Shown here piece after piece: positions 24,584-33,725 of a DNA stretch of 64,000 nt (the stretch's first letter is position 1; every line of letters begins with the position of its first letter). The notes beneath the pieces were generated by a model. That model saw nothing but the letters and a program-made list of their open reading frames with translations, did not search any database and had not been told where the DNA came from. A program made the translations under genes and the position numbers. This stretch comes from Alphaproteobacteria bacterium (GTDB taxonomy: Bacteria; Pseudomonadota; Alphaproteobacteria; Bin95), in assembly GCA_963665325.3 (NCBI GenBank), contig CAXXWS020000002.1, forward strand, positions 1,088,001-1,152,000, written 5' to 3'.

Positions 24584-26428
24584 CTAGTCGATGATGTGGT
24601 GGACGGGCGCCTTCTCCATGGCCCATTCCCCGGATTCCCGATCGTAGCGAGACAAGGTGAAGCAATGCCAGTCGGCGTCGTCAAGCTTCGGATGATCGGC
24701 CCGATAGTAGTATCCCGGCCACCGCGTTTCGGTCCTGAACATCGTGTGATGCGTCACCGACTCCGAGGCCAGGACCCGGTGGTGAAGCTCCCACACCCGC
24801 TGAAGCTGGTGAAGGTCTTCCGCCCCGAGACTGCCGAGGTCTTCCTTCAGCATGCCCAGCAACTCCAGCCCGCGGGTGAGCATGGGTTCGTTCGTACTAT
24901 AGGCGGTGCTGATGCCGCCGACATATTCGTCCATGATCTTCTCGAGACGCTGGAGACCGTGAATCGGCAGGATATAGCTCGGCGAAACCGTTCCCGCGAC
25001 GATCTCGTTGCGCCCCACCCGGTAGGTCTCCAGAGGCTGGAAGATGACCTGCTTGAGGTCTTCGTATTCCTTCTCGCTGACCTGGGGCCGGTCGGTCTTG
25101 AGATCGTTGACGTAGTTGACTGCCGCCTTTCCAGCGATCCGGCCTTCGGTGAAGGACCCCGACGAGAACTTGTGGGCGGTACCGCCGATGGTGTCGCCGG
25201 CGCCGAACAGCCCGTCGACGGACATCATCCGATTGTATCCCCACTGGTAGTCCGCCGGCGCGCAGTCTTCCGGACCGCTCGCCCAGGCGCCCGAGCATGT
25301 GGCATGCGAGCCCATGACGTAGGGCTCGGACGTGGTCAGCTCCGGATTGGTATGCTTGGGATCGATATTCTGGGACGCCCAGACAACCGCTTGTCCGATC
25401 GTCATGCCGAGGAAATTCTCCCAGCCGACCTGCTCCAGGTGGGGATCGGCGAAGGCTTCCTTCGTCACCATGCGTATGGGGCCGCGGCCGGCCTTGATCT
25501 CCTCCAGGAAGGCGTGGTTGCGCAGGCAGGTAGGCACCGGGTGCCGGTCGATATAGTCCCCGACCAGCTCCTTGGTGTGGTCGTACCACTTGGACTCGTA
25601 CTCGTCCCCGTAGGCGTTCTCGGTGTACGTCTTGAGGTGGAGGAAATAGGCGCCGACCGGACCGTAACCGTCCTTGAAGCGGGTGAGGACGACCCGGTTT
25701 TCCATCTGGGTCATCTTGGCGCCGACGAGGAGCGGCAGTGCATAGGCCGACGCGCTGCTCCAGGGGGCGTACCAGGTTCGCCCCATGCCCTCGCCCACTG
25801 CCCGGGGCTTGAAGATGTGCGACGCGCCGCCGGCGGACACGATGACGGCCTTCGCGCGGAAGACGTAGAAATCCCCGGTACGGACGTTGAACCCGACCGC
25901 TCCGGCGACGCGGTTGGGATTCGCCCGGTCCGTCAGAAGGTGGGTCACCATGATCCGGTTATAGACTTCGGTGGCGGCCTTGCGGGCGGCTTCGGCGACG
26001 ATCGGCTTGTAGCTCTCGCCGTGGATCATGATCTGCCACTTGCCTTCGCGCAGATAGCGCCCGGTTTCTGGGTCCTTCATGATCGGAAGGCCCCACTCTT
26101 CGAACTTGTGCACCGTGGAGTCGACATGCCGGGCGATATCGAAGCCCAGGTCCTCCCGCACCAGGCCCATGAGGTCGTTCCGGGCGTAGCGGACATGGTC
26201 TTCGGGCTGGTTCTCGTCCCACTGCATGCCCATGTAGCAGTTGATCGCGTACAGGCCCTGGGCGACGGCGCCGCTGCGCTCGATGTTCGCCTTCTCGACG
26301 CAGACCACCTTGAGGTCGCGCCCCCAATATCCGGCTTCGTAAGTCGCGCCGCAGCCGGCCATGCCGCCACCGACGACCAGGATATCCGAGTCTACGAAAA
26401 CCGTTTTCCGGCGAGCGAACAAACTCAC
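24584..26428 (-). CDS. aprA: Adenylylsulfate reductase alpha subunit
   Basis: GGGMAGCG, RSGAVAQGLYAINCY, WQIMIHGESYK, HKFSSGS, ETRWPGYY. Confidence 0.98.
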   Translation of the reverse strand: MSLFARRKTVFVDSDILVVGGGMAGCGATYEAGYWGRDLKVVCVEKANIERSGAVAQGLYAINCYMGMQWDENQPEDHVRYARNDLMGLVREDLGFDIARHVDSTVHKFEEWGLPIMKDPETGRYLREGKWQIMIHGESYKPIVAEAARKAATEVYNRIMVTHLLTDRANPNRVAGAVGFNVRTGDFYVFRAKAVIVSAGGASHIFKPRAVGEGMGRTWYAPWSSASAYALPLLVGAKMTQMENRVVLTRFKDGYGPVGAYFLHLKTYTENAYGDEYESKWYDHTKELVGDYIDRHPVPTCLRNHAFLEEIKAGRGPIRMVTKEAFADPHLEQVGWENFLGMTIGQAVVWASQNIDPKHTNPELTTSEPYVMGSHATCSGAWASGPEDCAPADYQWGYNRMMSVDGLFGAGDTIGGTAHKFSSGSFTEGRIAGKAAVNYVNDLKTDRPQVSEKEYEDLKQVIFQPLETYRVGRNEIVAGTVSPSYILPIHGLQRLEKIMDEYVGGISTAYSTNEPMLTRGLELLGMLKEDLGSLGAEDLHQLQRVWELHHRVLASESVTHHTMFRTETRWPGYYYRADHPKLDDADWHCFTLSRYDRESGEWAMEKAPVHHIID

Positions 26429-26889
26429 TAGTGGCCTCCCTCACTGGTTCGATCCGGCTGCAACATGGGCAAGGCCTCGATGTGGAGCGCGTCGGGCTCG
26501 TGCGCGAGTTGCTGCGACTTCATCGCTTCGGGGTCGGGCGCCTCGTAGTCGGCTGGCGGTTTGATCGATCCCCAGGGCGTCGTTCGTATCGGGGAAACGA
26601 AATCCTTTTCCTGGCCGTTCCGGAACTTGATCTTCCAGGAAATTGCGCCCTTCGCCTCTTCCCTCAGCACCCGGACACTGTGACCCAGGGGGGCGAAGTC
26701 GGCATAGCCGCGACAGTCGATGGCATGCTGCGGACACGCCTTCACGCAGGAGTAGCACTCCCAGCACATATTGGGCTCGATGTTGTAGGCCCGCCGGGTG
26801 GTGCTATCGATGTGCATGATGTCGGACGGACAGATATCGACGCAATATCCGCAGCCGTCGCAACTGGTCATATAGACGAATGTCGGCAT
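26428..26889 (-). CDS. aprB: Adenylylsulfate reductase beta subunit
   Basis: MPTFV..CDGCG.CVDICP and CWECYSCVKACP (two 4Fe-4S clusters). Confidence 0.98.
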   Translation of the reverse strand: MPTFVYMTSCDGCGYCVDICPSDIMHIDSTTRRAYNIEPNMCWECYSCVKACPQHAIDCRGYADFAPLGHSVRVLREEAKGAISWKIKFRNGQEKDFVSPIRTTPWGSIKPPADYEAPDPEAMKSQQLAHEPDALHIEALPMLQPDRTSEGGH

Positions 26890-26932
26890 GTGGTTCCGTT
26901 ATCTCCTCGATCGAAGACCGATGATGGGCCGA

Positions 26933-27721
26933 TCAGTAGTGGCGGGGCCTTTCGCGCGCACTGCCGAACGTTTCGGGTATGTCGGCGGGGGCCGGCAGGT
27001 TGCGCCGCGACCCGCTCGCCTCGGACACCCGTTTCTCCAACGCCGCCGCGGGCTTGTAGAACATGTGCGCGAACTTGGACCACGGAACCGACCCGAACAG
27101 CACCGTCGTGGCGATGAGGTAGAGGCCCAGGAACACGGTCGTCCACGAACTCTCCATCGCCTGCAGGCCGGCCCAGATCAGGCCCAGTGTCGTGCTGGCG
27201 AGAAGCGAGAGGATGAACAGGTCGGCGCGCATCGCCCGGAACGGCGGATGGCCCTCGGCAGCCACATCGACCCGGATAAAGAACCAGAACCAGTAGCCGC
27301 CGAGGCAGACCAGCAAGGCTCCGGCGAACCAGAGCAGGGGCAGGATGGGCGGCGTCGCGGCGGACGTCGGGTACCAGAACACCATGATGACGGTGGCGAT
27401 GACGTATGCCAGGAAGCCGTACATCGTCAGCAGGTGGGCAACCCGGCGGCGGCCTGGGCCGAATTCGGCGGATGTCAGGCCCTCCGACAAGGCGGTCCGG
27501 ACCGCGAGCGCCGACATTTCCCCGCCGCCGACGCGGCGCGTCCCCTTGTCCCGCGACTTCCGCCAGCTGCGGAAGAAATAGGCGGCGCTTCCCTTGTGCC
27601 AGATGTCGAACAGGGTGCCGCCCGCGACCAGCAGGATCATGATGACGACGTAGGTCTGAATGACGCCGGGTGATACGAATTCAGATGCCGCAAGCACGGC
27701 GAAGGGATTACTGGTGAACAC
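26933..27721 (-). CDS. aprM: APS reductase membrane anchor AprM
   Basis: About 5 transmembrane segments, HLLTMYG, PWSKFAHMFYKP. Directly upstream of aprB. Confidence 0.88.
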   Translation of the reverse strand: MFTSNPFAVLAASEFVSPGVIQTYVVIMILLVAGGTLFDIWHKGSAAYFFRSWRKSRDKGTRRVGGGEMSALAVRTALSEGLTSAEFGPGRRRVAHLLTMYGFLAYVIATVIMVFWYPTSAATPPILPLLWFAGALLVCLGGYWFWFFIRVDVAAEGHPPFRAMRADLFILSLLASTTLGLIWAGLQAMESSWTTVFLGLYLIATTVLFGSVPWSKFAHMFYKPAAALEKRVSEASGSRRNLPAPADIPETFGSARERPRHY

Positions 27722-27789
27722 GCGATTGCCCCGATGTCAGCCTGTTCCGTTCGACGCGCCGAGCGATGATATCGATCCGCCCCCAAGGG

Positions 27790-27821
27790 CCATACATCCA
27801 ATTAGCGAGATGGGTTGTCAA
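27790..27821 (-). promoter_or_regulatory. Candidate sigma70 promoter for aprMBA-sat
   Basis: Minus strand perfect TTGACA (27821-27816), 17-bp spacer, weak -10 GATGTA. Confidence 0.4.
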
Positions 27822-27911
27822 GGCCGGCGCAGGGCGCTCCCGGAACCTCGCCTTGCATAGCCGTTCGGGCGGGCCGGAAAGGTCTTCGAGCTGCATGGAA
27901 GCTCGTCTCCT

Positions 27912-28397
27912 TCAGGCGAAACGGGTTATTTCTTCTTCGGAGAGATTGCCCGGCAGGATGACCACCGGCACCTGCAGGCGGCCGACCGACTTGCCGGTCA
28001 AGGAGGAAATCAGCGGCCCCGGTCCCTTGGGGCCCGTGTCGGAAGCGAGGATCAGGAAGGCGACCGAGGGGTCCTCCTCGCACGCCAGTATCGTCTCATC
28101 CACCTTGTCGCCTTCCCGGACCGCCAGCGAAGGCACTCTGCCGGAAAGGCGCTGAACCTGCGCGGCCGCCTGTAGAATGATCGTTTCGGCGTGTTCGCGC
28201 GCTTCCTCGCGCATCAGCTCGCCGACGGCAGACCAGTGCTGGAAGTCCGCAGGCGTGTCGATGACGTAGAGCAGGCCGACATGGCTGCCCGTACGCCGGG
28301 AGCGCAGCGCCGCGAATGTCAACGCCACCGGCAGTTCGTCGCTCTCGTCGACAACGCAGAGAAGGGTGCGCGTCGAGGGGGAAGGCAGTTCGGTCAA
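27912..28397 (-). CDS. Universal stress protein
   Basis: LCVVDESDE, GPGPLISSL, VPVVILPG. Confidence 0.9.
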   Translation of the reverse strand: MTELPSPSTRTLLCVVDESDELPVALTFAALRSRRTGSHVGLLYVIDTPADFQHWSAVGELMREEAREHAETIILQAAAQVQRLSGRVPSLAVREGDKVDETILACEEDPSVAFLILASDTGPKGPGPLISSLTGKSVGRLQVPVVILPGNLSEEEITRFA

Positions 28398-28401
28398 GGA
28401 C

Positions 28402-29148
28402 TCAGGCTCTCCGCGCGACAGCGCCTGCGAGCCATCCTGCCATCAAGGCGAGCAGGATGGCAACGAGACCGTGCAGGATCGGGAAATCGTGCGCGAAACG
28501 GAAAACAGCCGCTTCGAGCCCGGCCTTGCGGATGTGAAGCGCGCTGGCCGTTGCATTGACCACATTGGCGCCGCGCACCTCGAAGACTTCGATCCGGTAG
28601 CTGCCTACGGGAACATTGGCCGGAAACACGACGCCCGTGCGGAAGAGGTGCTCGCCCAGGAACTCGACATGCCCGAACTCGGCCGAGTAGAGGCCGTTTA
28701 TCTGTTTGCGCCGCACCAGCGCTTCCTGAAAGGTTTCTAACGCCTCGACATGGGCGGCCGCCGGCGCCGGAGCCAGAAAGTCCTGTCCGATCTTGTACCG
28801 GTCCAGAACTTCCCTCAGCGGTTGTTCGACGAATGCTTCGCTGGCGGCGACCCACACGAAGGCGGGCGCCTCCGGGAAGGCTACGCCGCCATGATTGGCC
28901 CAGACCCCGAAATTGCGTTCCTTGCGGCGAACCGTCGTCGGTTGTTCCGGCCCGCGAATCACGACGATCACGCCGTGCTCTTCCGCGGCCGATCCCTGCT
29001 GTTCGGCCGCCGTCCCGAAAACGACGAGCTCGGCTCCGGTGAACCCGGCAGTGATGGCGACGGTTCGCTCCGAAACATCGACCACAAACTGCGCAGCAGA
29101 CGCGGGCGTGGCGGCGGCAAGCAGCAGGACCGTGACGAGCGCGCGCAT
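28402..29148 (-). CDS. TIGR02186 family membrane-anchored protein
   Basis: Signal peptide, VAITAGFTGAELVVFG, VRRKER..GVWAN, LFRT...PANVPVG, C-terminal TM. TGATG overlap with the tauE-like gene. Confidence 0.88.
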   Translation of the reverse strand: MRALVTVLLLAAATPASAAQFVVDVSERTVAITAGFTGAELVVFGTAAEQQGSAAEEHGVIVVIRGPEQPTTVRRKERNFGVWANHGGVAFPEAPAFVWVAASEAFVEQPLREVLDRYKIGQDFLAPAPAAAHVEALETFQEALVRRKQINGLYSAEFGHVEFLGEHLFRTGVVFPANVPVGSYRIEVFEVRGANVVNATASALHIRKAGLEAAVFRFAHDFPILHGLVAILLALMAGWLAGAVARRA

Positions 29149-30065
29149 CAAAGGATGCCCGGCTGCAGCGAAAACAGGTCGTCCGGCCGCGTCACCAGAT
29201 CGAAGAGCAACTTGAGGCACACGGCCAGCACCAGCGCGGCCAGCAGCACCCGGAACTGCTCGCTCGGCAGCCGGGCGCCCAGGCGGGAGCCCACCTGCAC
29301 GCCGACGACGGAGCCCGCCAGCAGCAGCAGCGCCAGGATTACATCGACCGTCTGGTTGGCGGCCGACTGGAGCAGGGTCACGGTCGAGACCACGAACAGG
29401 ATCTGGAACAGCGAGGTGCCGGCGACCATGGCGGTCGGCATGCCGAGCAGGTAAATCATCGCCGGCACCATGATGAACCCGCCGCCGACGCCCATGATCG
29501 CCGCCAGCAGGCCGACCAGCAGGCCGATCAGGAACGGCATGACGGCGCTGATATAGAGGCGCGACTTCTGGAACCGCATCTTGAGCGGCAAGCCATGGAT
29601 CCAAGTGTGGCGGTGCAGCTTGCCGCGCCGGGCCACGCCCTTGCGCTTGCGCAACAGGGCGCGAAGGCTCTCCGACATCATCAGCGCGCCGACGATGCCG
29701 AGGAACACGACGTAACAGAGCGAAATCGCCAGATCGATCTGCCCGAGGCCGCGCAGCAGCTTGAACAGCCACACACCCAGGCCCGAACCCAGCACGCCGC
29801 CGGTCAGCAGCACCATGCCCATCTTGAAATCGACGCCGCCGCGCCGCCAATGGGCCAGCACGCCGGAAACCGAGGTCGCGACGAGCTGATTCGCTTCGCT
29901 CGCCACGGCGACTGCCGGCGGAATGCCGATGAAGATCAGGAGCGGTGTCATCAGGAAGCCACCGCCGACCCCGAACAGGCCGGACAAAACGCCGACTCCG
30001 GCGCCCATCCCCAGCAACAGAAAGACGTCGACCGAAAGCTCGGCAACCGGCAGATATATCTGCAT
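29148..30065 (-). CDS. TauE/SafE (TSUP) family transporter
   Basis: MQIYLPVAE, GLFGVGGGFLMTP and repeated GVGGGF motifs. Confidence 0.93.
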   Translation of the reverse strand: MQIYLPVAELSVDVFLLLGMGAGVGVLSGLFGVGGGFLMTPLLIFIGIPPAVAVASEANQLVATSVSGVLAHWRRGGVDFKMGMVLLTGGVLGSGLGVWLFKLLRGLGQIDLAISLCYVVFLGIVGALMMSESLRALLRKRKGVARRGKLHRHTWIHGLPLKMRFQKSRLYISAVMPFLIGLLVGLLAAIMGVGGGFIMVPAMIYLLGMPTAMVAGTSLFQILFVVSTVTLLQSAANQTVDVILALLLLAGSVVGVQVGSRLGARLPSEQFRVLLAALVLAVCLKLLFDLVTRPDDLFSLQPGIL

Positions 30066-30188
30066 GGCGGCCCCTCTTAGGCCCGCCGCTGACTGTGTGC
30101 AAGGCGAAGTGCAGCGGGCTTCGCCTGCGGTCTTCGAATAGCCTTGGACAGGGAGTGTTCCGGCCGCGGTCGGCAGCCCGCGCAGCGA

Positions 30189-31073
30189 TCAGTAAGGCCG
30201 CCCGCCCGCGACCTGGGTGCGGTGCATCAGGCGGCGAGTCGTTGGGTCGAAGGGGTCGCGGCGGTGCATGACGGCGCGGTTGTCCCAGAGCACGATATCG
30301 CCCTCGCGCCAGCGGTGCTCCCAGACATGGCTCTCGTCGCCCGCATGCGTCCAGAGCCGGTCGAGCAGGCGCTCGCTTTCCTCGACATCGAACCCGACCA
30401 GCCAGGCATTGCGGCGCCGTCCGAGGAACAGCGCCTTGCGCCCGGTGTCGGGATGCGTGCGCAGCACCGGATGGCGCGCGCCCGGCGTCTCGCGCACGTC
30501 GGTGACCGGGGGGACGCCCTGCCGCCCTGCGCCGGTCGAGGTCAGCGAGAGGTCATGCACGCACAGGGCATCCTTCACTGCGTCTGCCGTTTCCTCCTCA
30601 AGCGTGTCGAGCGCGCGGTGCATGTTGGTGAAGGCGGTGTTGCCGCCGGCGGGCGGTATCTCGATGGCGTAGAGGCAGGAGCCGGCGGGCGGTTCCGCGA
30701 TGAACGACATGTCGGTGTGCCAGTCCGCCTCGCCCGCGCCGAGCGCGCCGATCTGCTTTCCGTCCACCTCGATATTGGAGATGATGGTCACTTCCGGGGG
30801 CACGTCGCTGAACGAGCCGAAACCGGCCGTCACTTCGCTGTTGGGCGCGTCCTGCAGCGGCCCGAAGACGCGGGTGAAGGCGATCAGCTCCTCGTCGCTC
30901 AGGCCCGTCTGGCCCCGGAACAGCAGCACGAGATGCTGCTTCCATGCTTCCCGCAACGCCTCGCCCACCTCCGCCGACAGCTTCCGGCGCACATCGATGC
31001 CCCGAATCTCGGCGCCCAGTGCAAAGCCCGTCGGAACGATTTCTATCGGCAATGTCTCGGCACCGGCGGTCAC
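30189..31073 (-). CDS. TauD/TfdA family Fe(II)/2OG dioxygenase
   Basis: WHTD, WDNRAVMHRR, RLMHRT. GTGA overlap with the speE stop. Confidence 0.92.
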   Translation of the reverse strand: MTAGAETLPIEIVPTGFALGAEIRGIDVRRKLSAEVGEALREAWKQHLVLLFRGQTGLSDEELIAFTRVFGPLQDAPNSEVTAGFGSFSDVPPEVTIISNIEVDGKQIGALGAGEADWHTDMSFIAEPPAGSCLYAIEIPPAGGNTAFTNMHRALDTLEEETADAVKDALCVHDLSLTSTGAGRQGVPPVTDVRETPGARHPVLRTHPDTGRKALFLGRRRNAWLVGFDVEESERLLDRLWTHAGDESHVWEHRWREGDIVLWDNRAVMHRRDPFDPTTRRLMHRTQVAGGRPY

Positions 31074-31921
31074 TGCATCAACTCCTTCATGTAGGTCGGC
31101 AGCGCGAAGGCGCCGATATGGATGTCCGGATTGTAATAGCGCGTATCCAGGCCGGCCGCAGCGTAACGCTCCTCGATAATGCTGAGCGGCCTGCGGCGAT
31201 GGTCCGGCTCGTCGCTGGCCCAGCCGAGCGCCATGAAGCCCCAGATATAGGTCGGTACCGCGACCGCATAGGCGGCGGGATCGGCGAACAGCGCCCTGAA
31301 ATGGCGCCATGATGAGGTGAGTTCCTCGCCCTGCACGAAGGCAACGCCGTTCTGCGTCACCAATATCCCGCCCGGCTTCAGGCAGCGCTTGCAGCCCGCG
31401 TAGAAGTCCCGCTGGAACAGGACCTCGCCGGGTCCGATGGGGTCGGTCGAATCGATCAGGACGACATCGTAGCGCGCCACGGTCTCGGCCACGAAACGCG
31501 CGCCGTCGGCAATGACGAGGTCCGTGCGCGGATCGTCGAACGCGCCCTTGCAGATCGAGGGCAGATATTCCCGGGCAAGATCCACAACCCCCGGGTCGAT
31601 CTCCACCATGGTGGCGCGCTCGACCGGGTGCTTCAGCACTTCTTCGAGGAGCCCGCCGTCGCCGCCGCCGACGATCAGCACGTCGCGCACCGCGCCATGC
31701 GCCAGGATCGGCACATGCGCCATCATCTCGTGATAGATGAACTCATCGCCCTCGGTGACCTGCACCACATCGTCGAGCGTCATCACCCGCCCGAAGGTGG
31801 GATTTTCGAAGATGACGATTTTCTGCAGGTCCGTATCGGAACTGTAGAGGATTTGCGTGATTTCGAGCTTCTGCGTTGCGTGGGCGTGGATGGCTTCCTC
31901 GAACCAGCCCCCCGCAGTCAC
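31070..31921 (-). CDS. speE: Polyamine aminopropyltransferase (spermidine synthase)
   Basis: DEFIYHEMMAH, VGGGDGG, VEID, IDSTDPIGPG. GTGA overlap with speD. Confidence 0.96.
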   Translation of the reverse strand: MTAGGWFEEAIHAHATQKLEITQILYSSDTDLQKIVIFENPTFGRVMTLDDVVQVTEGDEFIYHEMMAHVPILAHGAVRDVLIVGGGDGGLLEEVLKHPVERATMVEIDPGVVDLAREYLPSICKGAFDDPRTDLVIADGARFVAETVARYDVVLIDSTDPIGPGEVLFQRDFYAGCKRCLKPGGILVTQNGVAFVQGEELTSSWRHFRALFADPAAYAVAVPTYIWGFMALGWASDEPDHRRRPLSIIEERYAAAGLDTRYYNPDIHIGAFALPTYMKELMQ

Positions 31922-32361
31922 GGAATCATGCCCCGCTTGTGTTCCGTCAGGGTTATCTGTTCGGGTTCGAAGGCCCGTTTCAGCACTTCGATGCCCGCAT
32001 AGGGGTCGCACTCCCCGCACATGAACAGGTCGAGCGCCGCGAACCCGCGCTCGGGCCACGTGTGGATCGAGATATGGGATTCCGCCAGCAGCAGCATGCC
32101 GGAAACGCCGTTCGGCTGGAAACGGTGGAAATCTCCGCCCAGCACGGTCGCGCCCGATGCATCGGCGCAGGCGCGCAATGTCCGGTCGATTGCCGCCGGA
32201 TCGTCGAGGTCCCTGGCGCCCCACAAATCCACCAGGAGGTGCGTGCCTGCGTAGCGCAGGCCGTCCCGCTCGACATAGTAATCCTTGACCGCCGGTTGTT
32301 CGCGGGGAAACAGGCGGGCGGTCACCGCGTCATCCGAAATGGCGGCAGACGTCTGGGCCAA
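31918..32361 (-). CDS. speD: S-adenosylmethionine decarboxylase proenzyme
   Basis: GTHLLVDL and the LAESHISIHTWPE cleavage motif. TTG start with AGGAGG 6 nt upstream. Confidence 0.95.
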   Translation of the reverse strand: MAQTSAAISDDAVTARLFPREQPAVKDYYVERDGLRYAGTHLLVDLWGARDLDDPAAIDRTLRACADASGATVLGGDFHRFQPNGVSGMLLLAESHISIHTWPERGFAALDLFMCGECDPYAGIEVLKRAFEPEQITLTEHKRGMIP

Positions 32362-32451
32362 AGGCGTCCTCCTGAAGCTTGCGATGGATTGCGGCGCTGG
32401 GCGCGGCAAGGCGCGACAAAATACGCCCGTTCGCCGCGGGCGCAAGGGGAA

Positions 32452-33648
32452 TCACGCGGGGTCTTTTCCGAGTGCTATCCACAGCCCCGCCGCGCCCGTC
32501 ACGACCGCCATCAGCACGAATGCGGCGCTGTAGCCGAAGGCGCCCGCGACGGCCCCGAACAGCGCCGGGCCGAAAGCGGAGCCGCTGAGCGTGAAGAACA
32601 TCGCCCCGCCGGTTGCCGCGCCGACATCGCCGCCGGGCGCAAGCCGGGCAACTTCGGCCAAATAGACCCCGTTCCACCCGACGGCCGTGGCGCCGAAAGC
32701 CGCGGAGAGCCCTGCAACCGCAAGCCAGGGCCAGTCGGGGCCGAGCGTCGTCGCAATCAGCGCGGTCGCTGCCATGGCGACGCCGAGGACGGCTAGCGCA
32801 GCGCGGCTTGAGGTCGCATCCGCTACCCATCCCCAGCCGATACGGGCAGCGATGCCGGCCAGGAAACCGACGGAGAACAGCGAGCCCGCCTCGGCGAGGT
32901 CGAAACCGGCGCGCTGCATCGCAAAAGTGACGAAGAACGCCGTGAAGCAGAACTGCCCCATGGAGAAGACCGCCGAGGCGAGCACTGTGCGGCGTAAGGC
33001 CGGCAGCGCCCAGACCTGGCGGATCGCCGCCAGGGGATGCGCGGCAAAGGCAGGCGCCGAGGGGTCCCGGTCTTCGTCGAGGCGTGCGCGCCACGGCTGG
33101 ACGGCGACCATTGCTGCAATGCAGAGCAGCGCAATCGCCGGGCCGGCGGCCTGCCAGCCCCAGGCAAGCGCGACGGCCGGCACCAGCAGCCCGGCAATCG
33201 TGGCGCCCACGGGCACGCTGGTCTGCTTGACGGAGAAGACCCGCGCACGCTGATGGGGCGGCGAGAGCCGCGCAAGCAGGTGCGAGCCGGCGGGATTGGC
33301 CGGCCCATAGGCCACGCCGATCAGGAAGCCCGCCAGCGCGAAGGCTGCGATGCTCGCCACGCCGGTCAGCAGCGCGCCGGCAGCGGCGATGGCCAGCGTC
33401 GCCTGGCAGACGCGCAGCGCGCCGTAACGGCGGATCAGCCCTCCCGAGAACAGGGTGGAGGCCATGCCGCCGAGCCACAACACCATCGTGTAGTAGCCGA
33501 CGAGCGCCGGATCGACGCCGAGCGTCTGCGCGCTCTCCTGCACCGTGATCGGCACGATGAGCGAAGCGATGACGACGATGGCCTGCATCGCAAGGGTTGC
33601 AAGCAGGGCGGGCAGGACGGCGGCCATAAGCGCGCCGGATAGCCGCAA
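32452..33648 (-). CDS. MFS transporter
   Basis: About 12 hydrophobic segments, FSVKQT and GWNGVYLAEVAR motifs. Confidence 0.88.
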   Translation of the reverse strand: MRLSGALMAAVLPALLATLAMQAIVVIASLIVPITVQESAQTLGVDPALVGYYTMVLWLGGMASTLFSGGLIRRYGALRVCQATLAIAAAGALLTGVASIAAFALAGFLIGVAYGPANPAGSHLLARLSPPHQRARVFSVKQTSVPVGATIAGLLVPAVALAWGWQAAGPAIALLCIAAMVAVQPWRARLDEDRDPSAPAFAAHPLAAIRQVWALPALRRTVLASAVFSMGQFCFTAFFVTFAMQRAGFDLAEAGSLFSVGFLAGIAARIGWGWVADATSSRAALAVLGVAMAATALIATTLGPDWPWLAVAGLSAAFGATAVGWNGVYLAEVARLAPGGDVGAATGGAMFFTLSGSAFGPALFGAVAGAFGYSAAFVLMAVVTGAAGLWIALGKDPA

Positions 33649-33725
33649 GGGGCCGCCGCCGCAACCGCTTGCGCCCTGCTGTCGGCCGCGACTATCAGCC
33701 CACGGGTCCGGCAGGGGAGGCGGCT

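Noticed and set aside
28402-30102. 566-aa ORF as a TauE-TIGR02186 fusion
   Set aside because: The upstream part is an out-of-frame overlap of the tauE gene; the real start is the ATG at 29148 with a signal peptide.
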